This document shows positions 25,763 to 33,536 of a stretch of 64,000 nucleotides of DNA, piece after piece. Where the stretch lies: positions 62,001 through 126,000 of IMG/VR virus record IMGVR_UViG_3300027896_005002; one strand, written 5' to 3'. The stretch's first letter is position 1. Each line of letters begins with the position of its first letter. The notes beneath the pieces are model-generated. The model was not told the DNA's origin and did no database searches. It saw only the letters and a list, made by a program, of their open reading frames with translations. Both the position numbers and the translations under genes were made by a program.

Positions 25763-26188
25763 ATGAAACATTCTCCTCATCATTTACTACAAGAAAGACT
25801 TTACAAAAGACCTTGGCGTCTACTAATCGGCTGCATCATGCTAAACCTCACCACAAGATCTCAAGTTGATAAAGTAATCTACAAGTTCTTCAAATTATGT
25901 CCTAAACCACAAGATGCCATCAAAATTCCTAAAAGACGATTAATAAGACTATTAAAACCTCTCGGCCTCGTCAATAGACGAGTTAACACCATTAAAAACT
26001 TCTCAAAAGACTTTATCGAAAAAAGTTGGACATATCCAATAGAACTTTACGGTATTGGAAAATATGCCAATGATAGTTATTTGCTTTTCTGTGCAGATGT
26101 GTGGAAGAATGTCCGACCGACAGATAAAGCATTAAAACTTTATATTAAATGGCGGAGGAGACAGGAGTTGAACCTGCATGTCTGTTAA
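25763..26188 (+). CDS. HhH-GPD DNA glycosylase, MBD4-like
   Basis: PWRLLIGCIMLNLT, LKPLGL..RVNTIKNFS, YPIELYGIGKYANDSYLLFC..WKNVRPTDKAL. Confidence 0.88.
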   Translation: MKHSPHHLLQERLYKRPWRLLIGCIMLNLTTRSQVDKVIYKFFKLCPKPQDAIKIPKRRLIRLLKPLGLVNRRVNTIKNFSKDFIEKSWTYPIELYGIGKYANDSYLLFCADVWKNVRPTDKALKLYIKWRRRQELNLHVC

Positions 26189-26235
26189 GACGATGGTTTT
26201 CGAAACCATTGCTCTAGCCATTAAGCGACTCCTCC
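26150..26235 (-). tRNA. tRNA-Ser(CGA)
   Basis: GGAGGAG/CTCCTCC-G-CCA, loop TTCGAAA, long variable arm. Confidence 0.92.
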
Positions 26236-26242
26236 GAAAAAA

Positions 26243-26318
26243 TGGCGGAGCGTACGGGAATTGAACCCGTTTCCACGGTTTGACAAACCGTAATTCTAAG
26301 CCATTAAACTAACGCTCC
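26243..26318 (-). tRNA. tRNA-Asp(GTC)
   Basis: GGAGCGT/ACGCTCC-G-CCA, ACGGT-TTGTCAA-ACCGT. Confidence 0.92.
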
Positions 26319-26324
26319 ATATAA

Positions 26325-26411
26325 TGGCGGAGGGTGAGGGACTTGAACCCCCAGGTCCTTTCGGATCCGCTTTTCAAGAGCGACACGCTACCAATTACGC
26401 TCTAACCCTCC
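26325..26411 (-). tRNA. tRNA-Ser(TGA)
   Basis: GGAGGGT/ACCCTCC-G-CCA, loop CTTGAAA, variable arm TCC-GAAA-GGA. Confidence 0.9.
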
Positions 26412-26416
26412 ATAAT

Positions 26417-27436
26417 TTAATTATATTCTCTTATAAAACAATTCTCATTATAAAAATTCAACATATACTTTTTCATCCATTTACTTACTTTTTGATGTTT
26501 TATTCCTATCAATTCTGCTACTTTAGAAACCCAACCGAATTTAGAAAAACTAATTTTAGATTGTAAAATAGCATTAATTTTACTTTCAATATTTATTTGT
26601 TTTATTAATTTTTTATTTTCTCGTTTTAATTTTCTTTGATTGATTCGTTGATTTTGTTTTTTTACTTTCTGATTCATAATATTTTTAATGCCAACAGTAT
26701 ATTCATATTCAAACACTTTTCCATTTTTATTAAATTCCTTTATTTTAGTCAATAAAGATTTTATATCAAATCCTCGTCTATTTAAATATTTTTTAATTTC
26801 TTTTATTGTTGTTCTAGTAACTAATCTAATTATATAACCATTTGATCTAAATGCTTGTAATTGATTATTACACTCGTCTGTCAATTGTCCTTTTACTTCA
26901 TAAATTTTTCCATTTATTTCAAAATCATTTCTATATGTACGATCATTATATTGAACGGTTATATTCTCATAATTAAAATTAATATTCTTCTTTGCTAAAA
27001 ATAATGCAAAAATAAACTCGTATGAACTTCTTAAAAAAAACTTTTTATTATTATAATAAAAATAGCATCTTTTAAATTTATTTGATATTGGCGGCTGTCT
27101 TTTACCTTCTTTATATAATCTTTTTAATGTTTCAGAAAGCTTTAAATTCGCTGCTTTATTTTTCTTATCATCTTGTCGCCAATTTAATAATGGATTATCT
27201 GTATTAGAATTGTACGAGTTCCATCTATCCTTCATTCTTATTTTCATAGTTTCAGCCATCTTCATAATTGAAGGATGTGTTTCTTTTGTTAACCCTTTTA
27301 ACCACGGTTTACTATGATCAAATCTATCACCGGGTCTAACATCTATGCCCTGTTGTTTTAATCTACAATAATAAACATGACCACCAACTTGTGATCCTTT
27401 TTCAAATTGTCTTCCACAAATTTCACAACTGAACAT
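26417..27436 (-). CDS. Zn-finger + PD-(D/E)xK putative homing endonuclease
   Basis: Start moved to MFSCEICG (SD AGGAGG); LRSSYE..YE..YRNDF..YEVKG. Confidence 0.72.
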   Translation of the reverse strand: MFSCEICGRQFEKGSQVGGHVYYCRLKQQGIDVRPGDRFDHSKPWLKGLTKETHPSIMKMAETMKIRMKDRWNSYNSNTDNPLLNWRQDDKKNKAANLKLSETLKRLYKEGKRQPPISNKFKRCYFYYNNKKFFLRSSYEFIFALFLAKKNINFNYENITVQYNDRTYRNDFEINGKIYEVKGQLTDECNNQLQAFRSNGYIIRLVTRTTIKEIKKYLNRRGFDIKSLLTKIKEFNKNGKVFEYEYTVGIKNIMNQKVKKQNQRINQRKLKRENKKLIKQINIESKINAILQSKISFSKFGWVSKVAELIGIKHQKVSKWMKKYMLNFYNENCFIREYN

Positions 27437-27507
27437 AAAATCCTCCTTTTTAATAGGAAGATTTATAAACAGAATAGAAATTCGCATGTCTACCAAATAT
27501 AATAAAT

Positions 27508-27581
27508 TGCGCGCGATGAGATTCGAACTCATACCTGCTGATTTCTAAGACCAGTGCATCTACCAATTGTGCAACGCGCGC
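27508..27581 (-). tRNA. tRNA-Leu(TAG) with short variable loop
   Basis: GCGCGCG/CGCGCGC, CTGGT-CTTAGAA-ATCAG, 5-nt variable loop. Confidence 0.85.
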
Positions 27582-27592
27582 ATAAAATTAAA

Positions 27593-27667
27593 TGGGAATG
27601 ATAGGATTCGAACCTACAAACATCTAAATTTTGAATTTAGCGACTCTACCAATTGGTCTACATTCCC
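27593..27667 (-). tRNA. tRNA-Leu(CAA) with short variable loop
   Basis: GGGAATG/CATTCCC, CTAAA-TTCAAAA-TTTAG, 6-nt variable loop. Confidence 0.85.
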
Positions 27668-27702
27668 AAAAATTGTCTTTATTGAATGTTCTTAATAACT
27701 TC

Positions 27703-27769
27703 ATGTCGTAATTGGATTTTAACCAATGTCTTTAGACAAAATGTGCTGACTTATTGCACCATACGACAT
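27703..27769 (-). pseudogene. tRNA-like remnant with collapsed anticodon arm
   Basis: ATGTCGTA/TACGACAT, D-arm GTGC/GCAC, T-arm ATTGG-TTAAAAT-CCAAT, only ~15 nt between D and T arms. Confidence 0.55.
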
Positions 27770-27802
27770 TGCCGATAATTTCAAAGAACAACTTACTTAA
27801 TT

Positions 27803-27882
27803 TGGGGTGACGGAAGGGATTTGAACCCTCGATCTTCAGAGTCACGATCTGACGCCTTAGACCAGACTGGGCTACCGCCACC
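27803..27882 (-). tRNA. tRNA-His(GTG)
   Basis: G-1 pairing C73, GTGGCGG/CCGTCAC, loop TCGTGAC (C33), CCA. Confidence 0.9.
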
Positions 27883-27888
27883 ATAACT

Positions 27889-28254
27889 TTATGCTATTAC
27901 AAGTTTTCTTTCGGGCCATAATACTTTTTGTGTTTGTTTTTTCTGTTGGCCCCATTTAATTCTTAACTCAGATTCTATGTCAATAACATCGACTATTTTT
28001 CCGTCTTTTAGATATTTTCGAAGACCTCCAGTTCTTGGAGGAAGTTTTTGGATGTTTTCTATTAGTGTTAAGTCAACTTTTATTCTACTAATATCAGTTT
28101 TGATATCCAAACTGTCAATTATTTCACCATTTTTCAATTCAATAATTTCATCGTTTGGTTGCCAGAAATCCGTTTCCTCATTAGGATCATCTCTTCGTAA
28201 ATAAAACCCATTTGGCATCAATTTCAATTCATCGTATGAATATTGTTTGAACAT
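27889..28254 (-). CDS. hypothetical protein
   Basis: SD AAGGAGG; 121 aa between tRNAs. Confidence 0.6.
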   Translation of the reverse strand: MFKQYSYDELKLMPNGFYLRRDDPNEETDFWQPNDEIIELKNGEIIDSLDIKTDISRIKVDLTLIENIQKLPPRTGGLRKYLKDGKIVDVIDIESELRIKWGQQKKQTQKVLWPERKLVIA

Positions 28255-28273
28255 GATGTCCTCCTTATTTATA

Positions 28274-28346
28274 TGGGCTCGACTGGATTTGAACCAGTAA
28301 TCTTCCGCTTAAGAGGCGGTAGCTTTAACCATTAAGCTACGAACCC
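28274..28346 (-). tRNA. tRNA-Lys(CTT)
   Basis: GGGTTCG/CGAGCCC, CCGC-CTCTTAA-GCGG. Confidence 0.92.
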
Positions 28347-28362
28347 TTGTTTTTAAAATTTA

Positions 28363-28435
28363 TGGGTCCGACCGGATTCGGACCGATACAGATAGATTAA
28401 AAATCTACTATGCTACCAGTTAACATCACGGACCC
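28363..28435 (-). tRNA. tRNA-Lys(TTT)
   Basis: GGGTCCG/CGGACCC, GTAGA-TTTTTAA-TCTAT, T-loop TCCGAAT. Confidence 0.88.
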
Positions 28436-28512
28436 TAATTTGTCTCGTTTGCCAGATTTGTCACTGTCCATTAGGACCCGCCTTTGTTAAGTTTTCGTTA
28501 AGTATCTAAAAT

Positions 28513-28546
28513 AAAAAAAGCCCCGTAAGTTTCCTCCGGGGCTTTT
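28513..28546 (-). terminator. intrinsic terminator (3:4 hairpin of attenuator 2)
   Basis: AAAAGCCCCG-gaggaaactta-CGGGGCTTTTTTT. Confidence 0.88.
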
Positions 28547-28569
28547 AAAATTCGTATTTTTCTGTACGC

Positions 28570-28710
28570 TTATTTAAAAACCCCGTTGTGTCCTGTTTTA
28601 TCATAGCCTTCTTTTCCTTCGAGCAGCCATGATGATAAGGACAACCCTAGCACAGCATGCTTTATCGTATGCTTCAATGATATGCTTATGTAGAGTTGTG
28701 AGGTTTGCAT
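28570..28710 (-). CDS. leader peptide MQTSQLYISISLKHTIKHAVLGLSLSSWLLEGKEGYDKTGHNGVFK
   Basis: Hand translation; region 2 lies in the last codons, followed by TAA-GCGTACAG as in the E. coli thrL layout. Confidence 0.7.
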   Translation of the reverse strand: MQTSQLYISISLKHTIKHAVLGLSLSSWLLEGKEGYDKTGHNGVFK

Positions 28711-28792
28711 TACTTTCTCCGTTTTAATTAATATAATAAAAAATTATCTAAATGTACAATAATTCTTTATTATAAATAGATTAATCAGTCAA

Positions 28793-29116
28793 TTATCGTA
28801 GATTGGCCAATTTTGTTTTTTCTTCTTCCGAAAATGGACAGACACACTTTGACCATGATCTCAATGAACCTATTTTGTGTGAATCTCCAGAAAAAACCTT
28901 TTTATGTTCTCCACAAGTATGCCATGTATGACCGTTCTTGCAATGCTTCTCGCCAAGACGGCATCTACATGTCATATTAGTATGGATACCACAAATTGGG
29001 CAATTACTATGATCTTTTAGATAATTAGGATGAATAGATAATACTTCACCGTTACTAGCAATATCTTGATTTGCAAATTTTAAAAATTCAGATTGAATAG
29101 TAGCTAAATGTTTCAT
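28793..29116 (-). CDS. MKHL-tag family protein with Cys/His-rich domain
   Basis: MKHLATIQSEFLKFA; CPIC..CRC..C..GHTWHTC. Confidence 0.65.
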   Translation of the reverse strand: MKHLATIQSEFLKFANQDIASNGEVLSIHPNYLKDHSNCPICGIHTNMTCRCRLGEKHCKNGHTWHTCGEHKKVFSGDSHKIGSLRSWSKCVCPFSEEEKTKLANLR

Positions 29117-29355
29117 TAATTTTGTCCTTCAGTATATGTAAGACATAATTTGCCACGTTTTAAATCTTTAATGTCTGTTTGGAATAGATAGCATTTATCT
29201 TGATTTTGACTTAGATGTTTGCAATCAAGACCGCAGTCATTGTATCCTGGTAATTTCTCATCACCAACTATGACGTCTTCAACAGGAAAAAATCTACCTT
29301 GAGGTTTTAAAGCTATTTTTGAAAATTCAGTTTGAATAGTTGTTATGTGTTTCAT
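29116..29355 (-). CDS. MKHL-tag family protein, small Cys-rich
   Basis: MKHITTIQTEFSKIA. Confidence 0.6.
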   Translation of the reverse strand: MKHITTIQTEFSKIALKPQGRFFPVEDVIVGDEKLPGYNDCGLDCKHLSQNQDKCYLFQTDIKDLKRGKLCLTYTEGQN

Positions 29356-29363
29356 AATTGTAC

Positions 29364-30503
29364 TCATTTCTTATTTGGATCTTTATTTTTTAAATGAGAG
29401 TAGTTATTATATCCAATAGTATCGTTTAAAAATAAATCTGCAATTTCATCAAAATCTGATAATTTAAATCTATTATTAAGTACTTTTTCTACTATTTCAG
29501 ACCGTTTAAATGGATATTTATCTAAAAATGTTTGAAGTCTATCAACTTTTTCCTGTTCTTTATTTAATTCTTCAGGTGAACGCTGACCTTGTTCAATATA
29601 ATGTTTTAAATTATTTTTTCTCCAAGAACTCCAATCAGAAATTGTACTTTTAATATCTTGAAATAATGTCGCAATATTTTTAGCAAATTTAATTTTTTGT
29701 TTTTCCAAATGTTCTTTTAACCGTTGTTCTTTCCTTTGTTGTTTTTCTAATTTTTCTTGTTCATTTATTTTTTGCCTAACAACATTTCTGGGTACTTCAG
29801 GCGATGATAAATTAATAATATAACGGTAATGCCAAACTTGAATGTTATATCCACCGGCTGTAATTGCTTTAGTATTAAAATTCCATTGTCTGTCTTGGTC
29901 ATCAATTAAATTTGCTGATATTTCAAAACCATTTGAACCTTTGCTTATATTAATATTTTTAATATCAACAAATTCATCAGTAATATATTTTTGAAGAGCT
30001 CTTGATAATTTGCTTATATTATATTCATGTATCATTTCCTTTAAATTTGTATAAAAACGATTTTTAGATTCATTACTTAATTGTTTATCATTAAGTGATG
30101 GTCTAAACTTATAAGTATCTTTATTAACATATACTCTGCTTAAAAAATTAATAAGATCAGGATTATTTCTAGAATATTGTCTTACAAATTCATCAAATGA
30201 TATATTGTTTGTTTGTTTATTTTTAGCATCTTCAAATTGTTCGAGTTTATTATTGTAATAATTTACAGCTTGTTCTTGTAAATCATTAATTAATGGTTCA
30301 CATATAGAAAATACTTTCTTTTGAATATTTGTTAAATGATTTGTTTCGTTCTTTAATTCAGGAGTATTTTCAGATTTTGTTGTAATCTTTCTTTTCGATT
30401 TTGGGTGACGTAATAAATAACCTTTTTGATTTTCTAAAGACAAGTCTTCCCATTTGATTGCTTTTTTTAAAAATTCAGTTTGTATAATTGCTAAATGTTT
30501 CAT
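29364..30503 (-). CDS. MKHL-tag family protein
   Basis: MKHLAIIQTEFLKKA-IKWEDLSLENQKGYLLRHPKSK; internal AITAGGYNIQVWHYRY motif. Confidence 0.7.
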   Translation of the reverse strand: MKHLAIIQTEFLKKAIKWEDLSLENQKGYLLRHPKSKRKITTKSENTPELKNETNHLTNIQKKVFSICEPLINDLQEQAVNYYNNKLEQFEDAKNKQTNNISFDEFVRQYSRNNPDLINFLSRVYVNKDTYKFRPSLNDKQLSNESKNRFYTNLKEMIHEYNISKLSRALQKYITDEFVDIKNINISKGSNGFEISANLIDDQDRQWNFNTKAITAGGYNIQVWHYRYIINLSSPEVPRNVVRQKINEQEKLEKQQRKEQRLKEHLEKQKIKFAKNIATLFQDIKSTISDWSSWRKNNLKHYIEQGQRSPEELNKEQEKVDRLQTFLDKYPFKRSEIVEKVLNNRFKLSDFDEIADLFLNDTIGYNNYSHLKNKDPNKK

Positions 30504-31018
30504 TATTTAAAATTTTCCCATGATTCTTTTAATCCATGAAGTATTGGATGAAAATGATTTTTTAGCATTTCAGAGTAAGCTGAGTCTTTTGTCCATTTGT
30601 CATGAATTACTCGATATCGACCTATAATTAGACCTGTTCGGTCTTGGCCATGAGTACAATGGACAAGGATTCCTACACCAGATTCTATAATTTGTTCAGC
30701 TGTGTCTAACTTTTTTGTATCTGGACGGACAAAAGATTTTGCTATATTATCAAATAGATTTTTGTCGCCTTCAGGTTGAATGCTTAATGTATGTATTTTC
30801 ATGCCGATAGATGAAGCAATACTGTCACTACCTTCAGTTGTAAAGTTGAGTTTTACAATTTGTGTTATTCCAAGACTTTTTAGGTATTGCCATTGATCAA
30901 TTGCAGTTGGTTGACCTGATCTCCAAACATTAGTATCAACTTTGACAAGATTGGGAATTCCATGCGTATATACTGTTGGCGAACAAGAAAATAGTAATAG
31001 TAGTATTAGATATTTCAT
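30503..31018 (-). CDS. lipoprotein tyrosine/dual-specificity phosphatase
   Basis: Lipobox-like LLLFSC; NVWRSGQP; HCTHGQDRTG (CX5R). Confidence 0.85.
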   Translation of the reverse strand: MKYLILLLLFSCSPTVYTHGIPNLVKVDTNVWRSGQPTAIDQWQYLKSLGITQIVKLNFTTEGSDSIASSIGMKIHTLSIQPEGDKNLFDNIAKSFVRPDTKKLDTAEQIIESGVGILVHCTHGQDRTGLIIGRYRVIHDKWTKDSAYSEMLKNHFHPILHGLKESWENFK

Positions 31019-31821
31019 AATTGTCCTTGCCATTTTGCAGCTTTGTCTAAAAGATCGCCAATTGTTTTAGCTATGAGTCTTGGTGATTTATTATTTTTGT
31101 ATTCAGTCCAAGCTTCGGCTACAGTTTCAGTTTTGCTTTCTGTAGCATATTCACTTAAGTTTTTAAGAACATCATTATGTTGTAAAGTAGTTAGATATTG
31201 ATCAATTTGTTTTTTGAATGGATTTTTGCCGTAAAGATTTTCATATAGTCCATGAGCAATTTCATGATCTATTATAGCTTTTACTGACTCGCAGCCAACA
31301 GGACTATAACCTTCAGCAACATCTTGTTTTATATCATCTAGCATTTGGTTATAATTCTTTTTGCTGAACCAATCAGAGTTAAGTACTATTTTTCTTTTAT
31401 AGGGTGCATAGTCAGCAAATGTATCTTCATCAAATTTTTCCCCGATAAGATCTGTTTGAACACCTTTGACCATTGTTTGGCCGTATTTACCGTAGGGTAA
31501 TAGAGAGTCATTAATAGAATCATAAACTTGTTTGATTGCTTCATCTGGAACATTTGCTAAAGATCGAGCATCCTTTTGATTGGGACTGATTTGTTTTATT
31601 ATTTTATCTCTATTAAAAGTTTCTCGTTTAGTCTCTAATTGATCTTTTAATATTTCAGTTTTTTCAGGAGTTGTTTCTGTTTTAATCTCTGACTGAGCTG
31701 TTAATTTTCTTTTTGATTTTGGATGTCGTTGAAGATAACCTTTTTGTTCATCTAAAGATAGCTCTTCCCATTTACGAGCTTCTTTTAAGAATTCAATCTG
31801 TATAGTAGCTAAATGTTTCAT
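31015..31821 (-). CDS. MKHL-tag family protein with zincin-like HExxH domain
   Basis: MKHLATIQIEFLKEA-RKWEEL..HPKSK; IDHEIAHG..SEYA..ETVAEA. Confidence 0.75.
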   Translation of the reverse strand: MKHLATIQIEFLKEARKWEELSLDEQKGYLQRHPKSKRKLTAQSEIKTETTPEKTEILKDQLETKRETFNRDKIIKQISPNQKDARSLANVPDEAIKQVYDSINDSLLPYGKYGQTMVKGVQTDLIGEKFDEDTFADYAPYKRKIVLNSDWFSKKNYNQMLDDIKQDVAEGYSPVGCESVKAIIDHEIAHGLYENLYGKNPFKKQIDQYLTTLQHNDVLKNLSEYATESKTETVAEAWTEYKNNKSPRLIAKTIGDLLDKAAKWQGQL

Positions 31822-32930
31822 GATACTTTACTAACAATTGCTGTTGCTGGTATAAATCTATAGTGTGTTGTAACATTACCTGGTAAGAAACCATAACCAC
31901 CAAAAGTTGGACGTTGTCTTCTATGTCTTTGTTGATTTATGCGAACGCCACCTTTACGATGATCAACTTCTATAACAGTTGCATTCCAATTGTAGTGAGG
32001 TCCTTTAATTGATATTACACTTCCGGGTTGAATATTTAATTCATCAATTTTGCTTCGACCTTGAACTTTACGTTTCCAATCTTCATTTTGTATTGTATTA
32101 TCAAAATCTCGTCTATTTTTAACAAATTTCTCTTTATCTTTTTGTGATACTTTTCCTAAAAATTTCAAATTACTACTACTATATGATGAACTGCCTCTTT
32201 GTTTTGAATGCCAATGTTGACCTTCATCAGTATCACCATTTACTGTTACATATTTATGACCATGTTTAACATTAGTAACAGTCATTTCAATACCATTACT
32301 TAATCTTACTCTATCACCTACACCAATATATTCTGGTACTTTTACTTTTTTTACTTTTGTTTTAATTTCTTTCTTTAAATCTTCAAGTCTTTTTGGTTCT
32401 TTAATTTTGCGTTCAACTAAATAATGTCTCTTAATATATTTTAAAATACCTTCTCGTAATTCTTTTTTAATTTGTCTATTAGCTGATGCTTCTAAAACAT
32501 CATCTGTACTACTTGTTATTTTAAAAATTAATTTATTCAATTTTTTCGTTATTAAATTACTGTCTTCTCGTTTCCAATCATAATTACCAGGATTTAAATT
32601 ATAAGGATCATTACCTTTTGGCATCTCTCCTTCTATTATTGCTTTTTCTAATTTCCAATATACTTTGTGACGATTTAAATCAACATGTTTTTTCTCTGCT
32701 CTAGTCGACAAAGCATCTAATTTTCTAACTCGTCTTAAAATCCTTTTGACACCTCTCACTGCTTCTAATTTCTGTGATTTTTCAGGTTTAGTAGCACCTG
32801 GTTTTGCGGTCAATCGACGTTTACTACCTGGATGTTTTCTTAAATAACGTTTTTGTTCATCTTGAGTTAGATCTTTCCATTTTCGAGCTTTTTTAACAAA
32901 TTCTGAATGAATTACTGCTAAATGTTTCAT
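31818..32930 (-). CDS. MKHL-tag family protein with SH3-like C-terminal barrels
   Basis: MKHLAVIHSEFVKKA-RKWKDL..HPGSK; IGVGDRVRL and IQPGSVISI segments. Confidence 0.65.
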   Translation of the reverse strand: MKHLAVIHSEFVKKARKWKDLTQDEQKRYLRKHPGSKRRLTAKPGATKPEKSQKLEAVRGVKRILRRVRKLDALSTRAEKKHVDLNRHKVYWKLEKAIIEGEMPKGNDPYNLNPGNYDWKREDSNLITKKLNKLIFKITSSTDDVLEASANRQIKKELREGILKYIKRHYLVERKIKEPKRLEDLKKEIKTKVKKVKVPEYIGVGDRVRLSNGIEMTVTNVKHGHKYVTVNGDTDEGQHWHSKQRGSSSYSSSNLKFLGKVSQKDKEKFVKNRRDFDNTIQNEDWKRKVQGRSKIDELNIQPGSVISIKGPHYNWNATVIEVDHRKGGVRINQQRHRRQRPTFGGYGFLPGNVTTHYRFIPATAIVSKVS

Positions 32931-32940
32931 ATTTTGACCC

Positions 32941-33525
32941 TTATTTAATAGTTATTGAATTATCAGATTCAATAGACTTTTGCGCAATCATGCCTCTAAA
33001 AAATTTACTAAAGTTTGAATTAGATTTTTTAATTGTAATTGTATTTGAAGTTTTTTGCAATTCAACTTTTTTCGGTATATTATCTACAAATATAGTAATT
33101 GAATCTTGATATTTCATTTTTATTTTATTTGAGTCATTGACAACAAATACTGTGTCATTTGTTTTGATTTTAACATTATTAAATTGAGACAAAACTAAAA
33201 CATTAACTGTATCAATTGTCGGTGTTTGTGCATATGCATTCATCGGTGCAAACAATAAACTAACAGCTTGAGCTCCAGCAGATCCAATTTTTACGATTCC
33301 GCCTAGTAATTGTGGAGCAGATACTCCGCTAACAAAAGCAGTTCTGACATCTTTTGCTCCAGTCATAAAATATCCTACAATGCCAATGATTCCTGCAATT
33401 AATAAACCACCAAAGAAAAAAATGTCTGGACTTTCTTTTTGTTTAAACATGTTAGTTAATTCAATTAAAGAAAGAACAATACCACCAATAAAAGCGGATA
33501 ATATTAACTGATAATTTAATTTCAT
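32941..33525 (-). CDS. membrane protein
   Basis: Three to four hydrophobic segments, then a soluble beta-rich tail. Confidence 0.6.
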   Translation of the reverse strand: MKLNYQLILSAFIGGIVLSLIELTNMFKQKESPDIFFFGGLLIAGIIGIVGYFMTGAKDVRTAFVSGVSAPQLLGGIVKIGSAGAQAVSLLFAPMNAYAQTPTIDTVNVLVLSQFNNVKIKTNDTVFVVNDSNKIKMKYQDSITIFVDNIPKKVELQKTSNTITIKKSNSNFSKFFRGMIAQKSIESDNSITIK

Positions 33526-33536
33526 AATTGTTGCTC

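Larger units (their letters stand above)
28513..28760 (-). promoter_or_regulatory. ribosome-dependent transcription attenuator 2 with sigma70-like promoter
   Basis: TTGTAC-N16/18-TATA(T/A)T promoter-like element; SD GGAG; region 2 CGGGGTTTTTAAA pairs with region 3 TTTAAAAGCCCCG; 1:2 helix GTTGTCCTTATCAT/ATGATA..AGGA..CAAC. Confidence 0.75.

Noticed and set aside
208-26566. ORF-track entries overlapping RNA genes (208-414, 7685-8122, 8051-8275, 8130-8414, 13604-13828, 25210-25482, 25291-25473, 26324-26566)
   Set aside because: They are read-throughs of tRNA, tmRNA or ncRNA sequence with no SD or protein features; 8051-8275 is real only as the tmRNA tag.
27703-27769. Amber suppressor or tRNA-Pyl (CTA in GTCTAAA)
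   Set aside because: The anticodon stem does not form credibly, and ORFs are intact with TAG used as a normal stop, so there is no sign of recoding.
28601-28708. Alternative leader frame ..ACCARVVLIIMAARRKRRL with doubled and rare codons (would be open if one G were missing after ATG)
   Set aside because: It has no in-frame start with an SD as sequenced. The +0 frame has the SD, ends on region 2 like thrL and matches the downstream tRNAs. Worth a read check only.
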